64,000 nt of DNA, from contig DATKTO010000026.1 of NCBI GenBank assembly GCA_035531075.1, forward strand, positions 49,897-113,896. The letters run 5' to 3'. The position numbers and the translations under genes were made by a program. The stretch is from Gallionellaceae bacterium. GTDB taxonomy: Bacteria > Pseudomonadota > Gammaproteobacteria > Burkholderiales > Gallionellaceae. The notes under the pieces are model-generated. The model saw only the letters and a program-made list of their open reading frames with translations. It ran no database searches and was not told where the DNA came from. This document shows, piece by piece, positions 1 through 10,109 of the stretch; position 1 is the first letter of the stretch, and each line of letters starts with the position of its first letter.

Positions 1-407
1 TACACGGTGCGATCGGGAAAACGCTCGCGTCGCCTACCACAGACTACAGCCACATCCTGGTGTTCACTCAGGAACAGAACTGCCTTATCCAGCCAACCCA
101 CCACCACCTCGCAATCGCCATCCACAAATTGGATATAAACCAATTCTGGAGCCAGCTCTCGAAGACGCTTGAAACCCTCATTCCTTGCCCGAGCAGCGGT
201 AAAAGGACGCATCATATCCAGTTCGACCACGACAACCCCCAGGCTGCGGGCCATATCCACTGAACCATCCATAGAACCGGAGTCTACATACACCACTCTT
301 CCCACTTGATCCAAAACAGATATCAGGCATTTGCGCAAACGATCTCCCTCGTTGCGGCCAATGGCCACCAACCCGACTTGCGCCGCCGGGAGTTGGATTT
401 CAGACAT
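1..407 (-). CDS. Glycosyltransferase family 2, N-terminal part (gene runs off the left edge)
   Basis: Absent from the ORF track because there is no stop in the window. My reverse-strand translation from ATG at 405-407 gives MSEIQLPAAQVGLVAIGRNEGDRLRKCLISVLDQVGRVVYVDSGSMDGSVDMARSLGVVVVELDM...YIQFVDGDCEVVVGW, a GT-A/GT2-type nucleotide-sugar fold with a DxD-like DGD. The start overlaps the stop of the upstream sulfotransferase by 8 nt. Confidence 0.7.
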   Translation of the reverse strand, partial: MSEIQLPAAQVGLVAIGRNEGDRLRKCLISVLDQVGRVVYVDSGSMDGSVDMARSLGVVVVELDMMRPFTAARARNEGFKRLRELAPELVYIQFVDGDCEVVVGWLDKAVLFLSEHQDVAVVCGRRRERFPDRTV

Positions 408-1296
408 TCGGTGCTACCCAGTTCAAGGGTTCGACCGCGGTCACTTGCTTGAAATTCCTGCAGTCGAGGTTGACGCCAAGCAATTTTCCAAGAATTTCCA
501 GGTCGCGGTCGAATTCTTCCTCTAGCCTGGTTTGTACTTTTTCACTCAACACTGGCCGCACTTGCATGCGCAATTTCATCTTGACCGCATTGCGCAAAGC
601 TTGTGGAATGAAGTGGCGACGAAACCAGGTTGCCGGTCCCGATTCGACCAGAAACCGGTAACCAGGAAATCTGCGGATACGCTCGCTGGAAACATTGTCC
701 GGTTTCAAATCTTGTATCCATGCTGGCTGACCTCGATACCCGATAAAGCGACAGATGCGTTCCAGTTCCGCTTGCGGCTCGCTAAGCAAATGGTCGAAAA
801 AAACAGGCAGTACGGCAGTACGGCCAAAAGCCTCTAAATATGGTTCGAGCTGCATGGCATAGCGCCCGTAAGCAACCAGTTCAGGGTATTTATCTATCGC
901 TTCCTCGATACCGCAGTGAAATATCCCCGTGCTCCATTCATGAATATAGTGTGAGATCAGACGATTCACTGGATGGCGCATCACATAGATGAAACGCGCA
1001 TCGGGCAGATGCTCCTTTAGTCTCCGCACGGTCTCTGGATGGGTAGGCAATTTGGTGTAATGCGTGCTCGCCTCGCCCAAGAGACTCCCCTCCTCCGCTT
1101 CGGCAAACAAACTTGAATACCATGATATTCCATTGGAATATTGGTCAGCATCGCTGAAAAAATTGGGTTCCTTCGGGGTGGACATGAATATGCCTGGCTG
1201 TCCTGCCAGCTGATCGTACAGTGACGAAGTAGCCGATTTCATTGCACCAATGATCACGAAATGCGGCAAGCGTGGCGTCAAAGAAGTCTTCTTCAT
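400..1296 (-). CDS. Sulfotransferase family protein (PAPS-dependent)
   Basis: 298 aa. It has an N-terminal PAPS 5'-phosphosulfate loop FVIIGAMKSATSSLY and a 3'-phosphate motif RHPVNRLISHY. A 4-nt overlap with the upstream GT2 suggests translational coupling. Confidence 0.85.
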   Translation of the reverse strand: MKKTSLTPRLPHFVIIGAMKSATSSLYDQLAGQPGIFMSTPKEPNFFSDADQYSNGISWYSSLFAEAEEGSLLGEASTHYTKLPTHPETVRRLKEHLPDARFIYVMRHPVNRLISHYIHEWSTGIFHCGIEEAIDKYPELVAYGRYAMQLEPYLEAFGRTAVLPVFFDHLLSEPQAELERICRFIGYRGQPAWIQDLKPDNVSSERIRRFPGYRFLVESGPATWFRRHFIPQALRNAVKMKLRMQVRPVLSEKVQTRLEEEFDRDLEILGKLLGVNLDCRNFKQVTAVEPLNWVAPNV

Positions 1297-2273
1297 GATT
1301 TAGCTTGGGTATAAGGTTTAAGCGGATTAAGCCAGTTGGTCCAGATATCCAGCCATTGTCTTTCAACGACCGTCTTGTCTGGTCGGCCCAGTAGTTGCCG
1401 AGTGCCGGATACTATCCGCCCCAACCACCATAGCAAATTTGCTGCTGTCAGGCCCAGCCAGCCATAAGTCTGATAAAAAAATCTGGTGCGGGACTCATAG
1501 AAATACTTTGGCACTCGTCTCTTTTTCCGGGTTTGCTCCTTTACCGAGGAGCTTCCGCCACGAAGATGAACGACATGCGCCTCTGGGTTGTGGGCAATCG
1601 TCCACCCGGCTTGAACGGCTCGATAACAAAATTCGATATCTTCGAAATACATGAAATAACCCTCATCAAGTAGCCCGACCTGACGAAACACATCATCCTT
1701 GATGAGTACGCAGGCAAAACTAGTCCACTCTGGACGCGCGATCTGTGTTTGAACTGGCATGGCTACGATGTATTTCCCAAAAAATCGGTCAATCATTCCG
1801 GTGTCCGACGCATCGCATAACTCGCTAAAAGGCGAGGGAAACCTGAAACAACTCACCTGACCTGTGTCGTCTGGCCATTCAAGCCGGGGGCTGACCATTC
1901 CTGCATTAGGGAATCGAATTGCTGTATCCAGTATGTTCCGGATTGCGCCTGATCGGACTAATGTATCGCTATTTAACAGTAAATAATTCCGGGCGCTGCA
2001 TGCCTTAATACCAATATTATTCCCGGCAGCAAATCCGGCATTTCTATTCGACTGAATGATGGTGGCCTTAGCTCCCACATCATTCGCGTCCAACCATGCA
2101 CGTATGACTTCGAAAGAATTATCATCGGAGCGATTATCCACCACTACGACACGGGCATCTATTTGATTTATTTCAGGAAGCAAGCTTGCGAGGCATTCTG
2201 TAACAAGGTTCGGCGTGCGGTAATTGACAATGACGACAGACAATATCGCTTGCTCAAATTGAAGTGCAGTCAT
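1293..2273 (-). CDS. Glycosyltransferase family 2
   Basis: 326 aa. LSVVIVNYRTPNLVTECLASL, VVVVDNRSDDNS and YFMYFEDIEFCYR are typical of GT2 (rhamnosyltransferase-like) enzymes. Confidence 0.85.
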   Translation of the reverse strand: MTALQFEQAILSVVIVNYRTPNLVTECLASLLPEINQIDARVVVVDNRSDDNSFEVIRAWLDANDVGAKATIIQSNRNAGFAAGNNIGIKACSARNYLLLNSDTLVRSGAIRNILDTAIRFPNAGMVSPRLEWPDDTGQVSCFRFPSPFSELCDASDTGMIDRFFGKYIVAMPVQTQIARPEWTSFACVLIKDDVFRQVGLLDEGYFMYFEDIEFCYRAVQAGWTIAHNPEAHVVHLRGGSSSVKEQTRKKRRVPKYFYESRTRFFYQTYGWLGLTAANLLWWLGRIVSGTRQLLGRPDKTVVERQWLDIWTNWLNPLKPYTQAKS

Positions 2274-2558
2274 TTATTTCAGCCCCCGAACATTGGCTGA
2301 ATTCAGGCTTCGTTGGCCGGTGCGTTCTAATGTCTTTTTTAGTTGACTGATAGATTCCTGCCAACGGTTTAAGGCAACTGTGTGATAGGCATTCCCTGAC
2401 ATCTCGCACCATGCATTAACTGACAGAGACAAGATTGTTACGGTTCCCTGCGCCACTGAATCTACATCAACATTAATCAACACACCGTTCTTGCCTGTCA
2501 CTGCAACCTCCTTTGACCAACCTGTTTTGGTGAAAACTACAGGCACACGACGGGCCAT
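2274..2558 (-). pseudogene. C-terminal relic of a GT-B (GT4-type) glycosyltransferase
   Basis: The reading frame gives ..FYSLYFEAMARRVPVVFTKTGWSKEVAVTGKNGVLINVDVDS.., which is only the last ~100 residues of a GT4 enzyme (EAMA..PVV, G.NG.L motifs). There is an in-frame stop about 10 codons upstream of the ATG. Beyond it lies AT-rich non-coding DNA, and no N-terminal Rossmann domain is present. Confidence 0.6.
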
Positions 2559-3438
2559 TGCCTCAAAATAGAGCGAGTAAAATTTCTTTTATTACGCTTT
2601 ATTTGGAAAAATCATTTAATTTCAAAAAATTAAATCATCACCGCACCAGCACCAATGAACTAATGAATTTAGTTCAATCCCTCAAATTTTTGCTTGCGAT
2701 CTGACCACAAACAGGAAGCTTTCCTCCAAGCAAGCACGATGAATATTTTTTTGCTATCCTCTTGCTGGATTGCTCATGTCAATCCGATGAATTGTGTTAT
2801 TTTTGGCGCGTGCTTTAAAAATAATTCAAAAGGACTCTGAAATATCCTCTAGCATCATGACCATTGGGATGGTTGTTTCATGTTTCAAGTCTGATGCACA
2901 AGTTTGAAGTGCAACGCCTGACTTAGGCAATATCTGATGGGAAGGCTTGTATCCAAGCCTTGGGACGGTTTCTTATCGTTCAATTAGTGGGGTCATTTTT
3001 CGCCCAACGTTGATCGCATGCCTTTCTACCGCCCTGTCAGTGCATCTGATTCGGGCAATCGTCACACGCCGCCCTCGGTTACGGCCAAGTGACATGCTGA
3101 TGCTCGCTTTGCTTTGCTTCGTTTCAACACGACGGCTATCTCGCTTTTCTTATATCCTGCCTTCTTTATGGTGTAAATCTGGTATGGTTCTTCTCGGATG
3201 ATGTGTGCAGCTCATTTCTGAAATTTAGATCCGGCCGGTCACAAAGGCAGATCTTGTAAATATTTTCGAAATTAATCACGATAGCACCGTCATTACAGCC
3301 ATACAAAAACTACTTTTTCTCCAACCCACTGGATTCTCATTCTCGCGGGAAAGTCAAAGTGTTAAGTACGCCAACATTTGTATCTGCTCCGTTGTTGAGC
3401 GTTGTTCTCAATGATGGAATTTTCAATTACGGACTGAC

Positions 3439-4953
3439 ATGCCAGAATATCTCCGAGCCCTGTTATACCTCTTGCTTTTGTCAACGGTATTTTTTGCTTT
3501 TGTGGATCGACCAGCAGTAACCATAATTGGGCGCAGTCATTTTTCGCAAAGACGAAATCTATGGTTCGGCTTAACACTTGCCGCCTTTTTGGCGCCCAGC
3601 TATTGGGTATATGCATTTATTGCCGTGCCGCTACTAATCTACGCAAACCGGCGCGAATCTAATCCCACAGCCCTATTTTTCTTTATCCTGTTCGCCCTAC
3701 CCGTAGCTACATTCACGATTCCCGGGGGGGGCTTGATCAACTATTTATTTGAACTTTCACACGCCAGGATGCTGGCACTGGTCATCCTGCTTCCCGCCTT
3801 TTTTTTCTTGATTCGGCAAAGCGACACCCTACCCTTTGGTCGTTCGGGTGCTGAAAAGTTATTAGCTGCTTATCTCTTACTAACAGTCATACTCTATCTA
3901 CGAGAAACCACCATAACGGATACCTTGCGCCAAATTTTTTATCTGTTCGTGGATGTATTTTTGCCATTTTTTGTCATTAGTCGCTCGCTAAAAAACCTGC
4001 AAACATTTAAAAATGCCTTGATGAGTCTTGTGATAGCAATCATGGTGCTAGCCCCGATCGCAGTTTTTGAGTCCTTCAGAGACTGGCTACTCTACAAATC
4101 TTTGTTCGGTATACTTGCTCTAAATGGGGGCATGACGGGATACCTTGGGCGGGATGGCATGCTTAGGGTAAGTGCCTCGGTAGGCCATCCCATTGCGCTG
4201 GGTTATCTGATGGTAGTTGGCATGGGGTTTTACTTATTTCTGCAAGGAAACATTCAGCAAAAATTTATCCGCCGATTTGGCATGGCATTGCTGGCTGCAG
4301 GTTTAATAGCCCCTTTATCACGAGGACCGTGGGTGGGGGCCAGCGTGTTATTTATTGTTTTCATTGCGACAGGCCGCAAGCCAGTCCGCCGCCTGATGGG
4401 ATTAGCACTGGCTGGATTGCTCGCCTTGCTTTTGATTTCCACGCTACCAGGAGGTGAGAGGGTGATAAATTTATTGCCATTCATCGGAACGACGGAAAAG
4501 ATCAACATAGACTATCGGGAAAACTTGATCACCAACTCAATGATTGTTATTCAGCGTAACCCATGGTTCGGCTCAATCGATTATCTGAAGACACCCGAGA
4601 TGTTGGCATTGTATGAGGGGGGGATTATTGATGTGGTTAACACCTTCATTGCAATAGCACTAGAACAAGGATTCGTTGGGTTGGGATTGTTTGTTGGTTT
4701 CTTTGCTGTGGTTGTGATCGGTGTAAGACGAGCCATGCGCTCAATTGCGGACCGGGAAAGCGACGAATACCTCCTTGGTCGGGTCCTTCTGGCCACGCTA
4801 CTGGCTATTTTAGTGATTATTGTTACCGTGAGCAGCATTTCGATTATCCCGATTGTGTACTGGTCAGTTGCTGGCTTAGGTGTAGCTTATGCTCAAATGG
4901 TGCGAAAACTGTCGGATAATAATGACTTGATCAAAGATGCTTATGCTCAATAA
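3439..4953 (+). CDS. O-antigen ligase/polymerase (Wzy_C)-like polytopic membrane protein, of the kind associated with exosortase EPS loci
   Basis: 504 aa with roughly 10-12 hydrophobic helices. The Wzy_C-like core includes GHPIALGYLMVVG and PLSRGPWVGASVLF. The sequence contains no cysteine at all, so it is not an exosortase. Confidence 0.75.
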   Translation: MPEYLRALLYLLLLSTVFFAFVDRPAVTIIGRSHFSQRRNLWFGLTLAAFLAPSYWVYAFIAVPLLIYANRRESNPTALFFFILFALPVATFTIPGGGLINYLFELSHARMLALVILLPAFFFLIRQSDTLPFGRSGAEKLLAAYLLLTVILYLRETTITDTLRQIFYLFVDVFLPFFVISRSLKNLQTFKNALMSLVIAIMVLAPIAVFESFRDWLLYKSLFGILALNGGMTGYLGRDGMLRVSASVGHPIALGYLMVVGMGFYLFLQGNIQQKFIRRFGMALLAAGLIAPLSRGPWVGASVLFIVFIATGRKPVRRLMGLALAGLLALLLISTLPGGERVINLLPFIGTTEKINIDYRENLITNSMIVIQRNPWFGSIDYLKTPEMLALYEGGIIDVVNTFIAIALEQGFVGLGLFVGFFAVVVIGVRRAMRSIADRESDEYLLGRVLLATLLAILVIIVTVSSISIIPIVYWSVAGLGVAYAQMVRKLSDNNDLIKDAYAQ

Positions 4954-5011
4954 AAGTATCCGGTAACTAAAAGGCAGCGCGAGACGGGATTTCGTATTGA
5001 TATATGCTTGA

Positions 5012-5641
5012 TCAGGCACCTGCGTGTCGCTGGACAATGCCACGATCACGCAGCAGTTGCATCACCTGGGCAATGGACTCTTCCATTGTCAGCGTTCCAG
5101 TCTCCACGATTAACTCTGGATTAATCGGAACCTCATAGGGTGAAGAGACACCAGTAAATTCCTTTATCTTTCCTGCACGTGCGAGCATATAAAGGCCTTT
5201 TACATCGCGTTGCTCACATATTTCCAACGGACAGTGGCAGTATATTTCTAGAAAGTCGCCATGCGGCACCAGTGAGCGAACGCGTTGGCGGTCACTCAGG
5301 AAAGGCGAGATGAAAGCAGTAAGTGAGATCACTCCAGTCTCAACAAATAGTTTTGCCATTTCCCCCACACGGCGGATGTTCTCGACGCGATCTTCAGCAG
5401 AAAACCCTAGATCGGAACACAATCCATGACGCACATTGTCACCATCAAATACAAAAGTGCGGCAGCCTTGCTGATGCAGTTCTTCTTCTACCGCGTGCGC
5501 CAGCGATGATTTACCCGCACCTGACAAACCCGTGAACCACAGAATCACGCTACCATGTCCGTTCATTTTCTCGCGACGCTTGCGAGTCACCGTAGCGTTG
5601 TGCCATACAACGTTGCTCGATTTCTTGGAAATGTTATCCAT
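5012..5641 (-). CDS. cysC: Adenylyl-sulfate (APS) kinase
   Basis: 209 aa with P-loop [14 protein letters not shown], followed by [27 protein letters not shown], the classic APS kinase core. Confidence 0.93.
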   Translation of the reverse strand: MDNISKKSSNVVWHNATVTRKRREKMNGHGSVILWFTGLSGAGKSSLAHAVEEELHQQGCRTFVFDGDNVRHGLCSDLGFSAEDRVENIRRVGEMAKLFVETGVISLTAFISPFLSDRQRVRSLVPHGDFLEIYCHCPLEICEQRDVKGLYMLARAGKIKEFTGVSSPYEVPINPELIVETGTLTMEESIAQVMQLLRDRGIVQRHAGA

Positions 5642-5733
5642 ACGACACTTTCCCGAAAATGGCGTGGGTCTCCGTTAGATTACCGCCACACCGGTTTTCC
5701 ATTGTATAAACTAAGTCTTTATTCGACCGGTCA

Positions 5734-6573
5734 CTAATAGTAATAAGCCCTCGTCTCAATTTCAGCTTTGTTGAGTATCGTTCCAATAAGGTTTTCTGCC
5801 GGCAGGAGGCGAAGGCTGTCCTCTATTTCTCGCTTGGTGGACATTCCGTTGGCCACTACCATGAGTACGCAATCGATCTGGGGTAGTAAGGCGATGGCAT
5901 CATCTGTAACGAGCATGGGGGGCAGATCAAAGATGACAATGCGCGATTCGTATCGGTCGCGCAGATCTTTAATCAGGTTCGTAATATTTTTTGAAGAAAG
6001 GGTTTCTGCTGACCTCTTCACCCGACTCTTTGTTGGCAGCACCACTAGCCTCGGCATGTCTGGATTGACGAGCACCTCTGCTAGTTCAGCCGTACCATCC
6101 AGCAGGTCATTCAAAGATTTCTCCATGGGGATTCCCAGATAAGCACCTATCTTGGGGCAACGGAGGTCAAAGTCCACCAGCACGGCTGTTTTGTTGGTTT
6201 GCTGGGCAATGCTAATGGCCAGATTGATGGCGATTACGGTCTTTCCAGCCTCCGGGGTAGGCGAAGTAATAGCCAAGGTGCGCCAGCCATTTTCTTCCAT
6301 CTTTTGCAGGATATGGGTGCGCAGAAGATCGAAGACTATGCTCTTTGCATCGCTTTTATTGAACGCGACAATACGGTTATTTTCCAGATGATCCAGCCTC
6401 AACTTGACTACGCGCGTATGCGTGTAGCTGATGTTCTCCAACTCGCCATGAGTTATATCAGTGCGCGGCTTAGTCGCTGTGCGAGGGCTATCCGCATGTG
6501 GCTGAGTAAATTCACTGGATCCGCCTGACCGCTGTTTCTTTACCTTTTCGATGGCCTGCTTGATGCGTTCCAT
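5734..6573 (-). CDS. Polysaccharide co-polymerase ATPase / tyrosine autokinase-type protein (EpsG-like, PEP-CTERM locus)
   Basis: 279 aa with a CpsD/CapB-type Walker A (ITSPTPEAGKTVIAINLA) and Walker B (VIFDLPP). The C-terminus ends in ..RAYYY. It sits directly downstream of the chain-length determinant. Confidence 0.8.
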   Translation of the reverse strand: MERIKQAIEKVKKQRSGGSSEFTQPHADSPRTATKPRTDITHGELENISYTHTRVVKLRLDHLENNRIVAFNKSDAKSIVFDLLRTHILQKMEENGWRTLAITSPTPEAGKTVIAINLAISIAQQTNKTAVLVDFDLRCPKIGAYLGIPMEKSLNDLLDGTAELAEVLVNPDMPRLVVLPTKSRVKRSAETLSSKNITNLIKDLRDRYESRIVIFDLPPMLVTDDAIALLPQIDCVLMVVANGMSTKREIEDSLRLLPAENLIGTILNKAEIETRAYYY

Positions 6574-6597
6574 TCCTTTCTCCCTCTATTAATCTGG

Positions 6598-8145
6598 CTA
6601 TGACTTTAAAAACATGATATCCAGAGGCGTGTAAACAGAAATTAGTGCGACAATGGTCGCGATCAAGGCTATAACGCCTGTGATTATCGCCAGCTTGAGC
6701 ATGCGCTTTCTGCGTGCTCCATCCTCTTGTATAGCGAGGTAGGGAACGACAACCAGCGGCCGGTAACCCAACACATGGGTGAGTGCTTCGGTTCCATATA
6801 TCCGCTTGTCGATCGATTCCAAAAACATCATTGCACCACCTGAGGAAACCATGGCCAAGAAAAAGCCCAGTAAAATAATTTTGATACGATCTGGTTTAAA
6901 TGGCTTTTCCGGTAATAGCGGTGGTTCAAGCACAGAGAAACGCCCCGATATATTCTCGGTTTCGAGATGCTCGGCAATCTTCGCATTCATTTTCTTGTTG
7001 CGGATCTCCTCATACTTTCGTTGCGCGCTGTCGCGATCACGAATGAGCACATCCAGATCCTGCCCCACCTTAGGAGTAAGTATCATCGCGCGTTCATTCT
7101 CGGATATCTTGGCTTGTAGCATTTCTCTCTGCTGCACAAGGGAAACTAGCCTGGCCTTGTCAGAATCGATTTTTGCCTGAATCCGATACATTGCCACGTT
7201 TGAAACATCGGTTGAGGATGGTTCAGGCAAAGACGTGCCGGCTGTCTTCTCCATTGACTCGATTTTGCGCTTGATTATTCTTATGTCAGGGTGTGTTTCC
7301 TTATAAAGAGCAGAAAGCCTTGTTAGCTCCGCTTGAAGTGCTGGCAGGGTCTGTGTTGGATTTTCCTGAGTCGTGCCGTGTTTGGCAGCAGAGAGCTCGA
7401 CTTCCAGTGAGCGCAGCTCCTCTCTTGTGCTCCTGTAATCCCGCTCAACCTCACGCAGATCATTTTCGGCACGCGCGAGCATGGTCATGCGCAGAGTAAG
7501 CTGTTCTGGCAAGGCCTCTTTGTGCTGCTGCTTGTAAGCAGCAATCAACGCCTCCAGGCGATCAACCTCGACTTTAAGTTTATTAGACTCCTGTGAGAGG
7601 AAAAAAGTGGTCTCCATGGCTCCCTCCTTTCTCAGTTTTACATTCCAATCCAAGAAGAGAGTAATGAGATCGTTGGTGACTTGAAAGGCCACTTCTGGGT
7701 GCCGATCCTCGAACGATAGTGTGAACGCAATGGCCTCTTGCCCCTGCCGGTTGGTGCGCATGGAATCACCAGGGCTGACTGTCTCTACAACAATGCGATC
7801 ACGCATTTTTTCAGTCAGTTCCGTAGAGTTAAGGGAAACAATATTCCACTTGAATAGACTATATTTGTTGGCAATCTGCAACAAATTTTCTCTTGTCATT
7901 ATCCGCTGCTTGATGAGATTAATCTGCTCATCTAGTTTGTTTCTGATCACGCTGGGCACTATATTGTCAGTAATCTGCAGCGACTCCACCATGATGGTTC
8001 CGGTAGCACGGTATGTCGGTGGAATAGTGATTGCGACGGCAACTGAAATCAGTAATACCGTAAGAAATACAGCGATCAGAACTGGGGCGCGGCGGCGCAT
8101 GATCGACAGATAATCAATGAAGGTTAGTTCGTATTCGGTAGCCAT
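6598..8145 (-). CDS. Polysaccharide chain-length determinant protein (Wzz/PCP, EpsF-like)
   Basis: 515 aa. It has an N-terminal TM helix plus a Wzz-type segment (PPTYRATGTIMVE), a long coiled-coil periplasmic region and a C-terminal TM helix. Confidence 0.85.
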   Translation of the reverse strand: MATEYELTFIDYLSIMRRRAPVLIAVFLTVLLISVAVAITIPPTYRATGTIMVESLQITDNIVPSVIRNKLDEQINLIKQRIMTRENLLQIANKYSLFKWNIVSLNSTELTEKMRDRIVVETVSPGDSMRTNRQGQEAIAFTLSFEDRHPEVAFQVTNDLITLFLDWNVKLRKEGAMETTFFLSQESNKLKVEVDRLEALIAAYKQQHKEALPEQLTLRMTMLARAENDLREVERDYRSTREELRSLEVELSAAKHGTTQENPTQTLPALQAELTRLSALYKETHPDIRIIKRKIESMEKTAGTSLPEPSSTDVSNVAMYRIQAKIDSDKARLVSLVQQREMLQAKISENERAMILTPKVGQDLDVLIRDRDSAQRKYEEIRNKKMNAKIAEHLETENISGRFSVLEPPLLPEKPFKPDRIKIILLGFFLAMVSSGGAMMFLESIDKRIYGTEALTHVLGYRPLVVVPYLAIQEDGARRKRMLKLAIITGVIALIATIVALISVYTPLDIMFLKS

Positions 8146-8166
8146 ATATACTCTTTATTTTTGACA

Positions 8167-9276
8167 TCAAAAATCGGTATAGGTGTACACAAGGGAAAGT
8201 CCAAGTATATTCGAGGATCCGACGTCCAACCCCTCCTGCTTGAAGTTCCGGTACAGATAATACGTTCGCAGTCCCCAGAATGAATTGAGATCGCGTTGCA
8301 GCCACACACTAGTAGTGCGATAGATGACATCCGTGACCAATTGACTCTTTCGCCACCCCAGATCAATACCCGTGTTACTGCGCTCGCTCAATGCATAATT
8401 CCAATTTGCATTCACTTGATCGACCGTTACCAAACCACCAAGACCGCTGGGTGAAACCAAGCGTTCAGCATTCACAACAAGTCCAGTTCGTTGGCCTGCG
8501 TACCGCACTAACATACCACCTTGTGTACCCATCTCGGTATCGTTCATCTTGTATCTGCCCACCTGCAACGTACCTTGCAGATAGTCCGAAAGTATCCAAT
8601 TCAGTCCCCCTAATAAGGAATCTACATAAGTGCCTGGTGAACTATTGTCTGCCGGTTCATAATCATTATGCGATGCCTTCAAAAAAGGTGTGTTGCGCTC
8701 GCTCCAGACATAACTGAACATCATGTTTTCTAATCTGGTGGCATAGCCAATGTATGTCCCCCCTGTATAAGAAACATTTTCATAAGAACCGTCAGCCGAG
8801 ATTATGCTACGTTCACTCAGGGCTTTATTCCACCTGCCCGACAGGGTACGGGAGGAACGGATACTGTCTAAAGGAACCTGAGTTGATGCATCAATACCTG
8901 CATCGCGCGTCGCAATTTCAGCATATCTGGAGGTCACACCAAATTCGCCGGCAACACTGTTGCGCAACCAGTCAATAAATACACTGGGGCTATCACGGTT
9001 ATGGATAAGATTTTCGTTCGAAGAACGTGCTATCTGAAGAGCAAGCCCTGTTTTCAACGCGTTCTCCCCAAGTCTTCCCGCAAGGGTATAACTCGGCTCG
9101 AAAAGTAATTGCCATGCACCGCTAGGATTGTTTAGAGACATGGCAGGATTGGTGTCATACTCAGCAGATATTCTTGCGGATCCGGTTTGCTGCCATGGAT
9201 CAGCCCAACCTTGACCCGAGTGAAGCACCAAGACAGTCAATAGGATGGCAAGCTTGTCAAATCGGTGCAGTTTCAA
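8167..9276 (-). CDS. Outer-membrane beta-barrel protein of PEP-CTERM-type EPS loci
   Basis: 369 aa with a signal peptide (..LHSGQGWA|DP), an alternating beta-strand pattern throughout and a C-terminal ..LSLVYTYTDF. It lies between the Wza-like and Wzz-like genes. Confidence 0.7.
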   Translation of the reverse strand: MKLHRFDKLAILLTVLVLHSGQGWADPWQQTGSARISAEYDTNPAMSLNNPSGAWQLLFEPSYTLAGRLGENALKTGLALQIARSSNENLIHNRDSPSVFIDWLRNSVAGEFGVTSRYAEIATRDAGIDASTQVPLDSIRSSRTLSGRWNKALSERSIISADGSYENVSYTGGTYIGYATRLENMMFSYVWSERNTPFLKASHNDYEPADNSSPGTYVDSLLGGLNWILSDYLQGTLQVGRYKMNDTEMGTQGGMLVRYAGQRTGLVVNAERLVSPSGLGGLVTVDQVNANWNYALSERSNTGIDLGWRKSQLVTDVIYRTTSVWLQRDLNSFWGLRTYYLYRNFKQEGLDVGSSNILGLSLVYTYTDF

Positions 9277-9375
9277 CGATGTTCTCCACTACATAAGAAA
9301 GATATATATTTTCAATTTAATTTCCAGGATAAAAGTTCAATAACGTGCGATTGATTAAAATTTCAACCAAGAAAC

Positions 9376-9939
9376 TCAAGGCACCACCAGGGTATCATCC
9401 GCTTTGAGCTGCACATTGGTCGACATGTTTTTTCCAGAAATAATATCCTTATAATTCACTGGAAATATTTCCTGCCCTGCAGGTTTTGCACGAATTACCT
9501 TAATACCGTTTTCATCCGCGAACCTGTCAAATCCGCCTGCGAGGCTGATTGCCTGCAACACGGTAATCGGCCCACTGATGATCAGTGGGCCGGGGTGAAT
9601 TACCTTTCCCGTCACGTACGCGCGATTGCCGTCAATTCCGACAATCACAACCGAGACAATAGGCTCTGGGAAGTATTCCTTCAGCTTCTTAGTAATTCGC
9701 TGCTCAACTTCTGGTGTACTGAGACCTGCCACTTCAACCCGGCCGATCAGAGGGAATGTGACGCTACCGTCTGGCAGCACTACCACCTGTTTCTGTAGGG
9801 TGTCTTCACGCCAGACAGAAATCAATACAGTGTCCCCTTGGCGTAGTTGATAAATTTCTGGTTTATCTGCCGCAATTGACAAATTAGTTCTGATGCCCAT
9901 AAAAAATATCACAAGAGCGACGAATATGAATCTATACAT
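9376..9939 (-). CDS. Polysaccharide export protein (short Wza-like, EpsE-type)
   Basis: 187 aa with a signal peptide and a Poly_export/SLBB-like sequence (YQLRQGDTVLISVW.., DGSVTFPLIGRVEVAGLS, LKADDTLVVP). Confidence 0.85.
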   Translation of the reverse strand: MYRFIFVALVIFFMGIRTNLSIAADKPEIYQLRQGDTVLISVWREDTLQKQVVVLPDGSVTFPLIGRVEVAGLSTPEVEQRITKKLKEYFPEPIVSVVIVGIDGNRAYVTGKVIHPGPLIISGPITVLQAISLAGGFDRFADENGIKVIRAKPAGQEIFPVNYKDIISGKNMSTNVQLKADDTLVVP

Positions 9940-10109
9940 GTCTAAATCTCCTTTTGAAAATTTAGTTTTTCAATTTAGAACTAATGCGATTTATGTATGT
10001 AAACTATTATTTAATGCTTTACAGGCTACATTATCTTTATCCATGTCAACAGCCTGTCGTTTCAAAAAAATTATGCCGTTTTTTTCATTTAGCTGACGAA
10101 ATCTAATTT

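Noticed and set aside
60-263. 67-aa plus-strand ORF at the left edge, and 331-525 / 449-661 / 532-837 plus-strand ORFs.
   Set aside because: They lie antisense to the GT2 fragment (1-407) and the sulfotransferase, both of which have clear family motifs.
2947-3201. 84-aa ORF within the non-coding scar, and the 13013-13270 ORF in the AT-rich control region.
   Set aside because: There is no RBS, the composition is odd (AT-rich, hydrophobic or low-complexity) and there are no motifs. They are most likely chance ORFs.
3724-3731. A G8 homopolymer sits inside the Wzy-like gene. G7 runs occur at 24500-24506 (the SD of the second cytochrome), 24932-24938, about 26076 and about 50995. I considered these as slipped-strand phase-variation switches.
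   Set aside because: At roughly 50 percent GC, several G7/C7 runs and one or two G8 runs are expected by chance in 64 kb on both strands. All the coding ones are in frame, and there is no enrichment at gene 5' ends.
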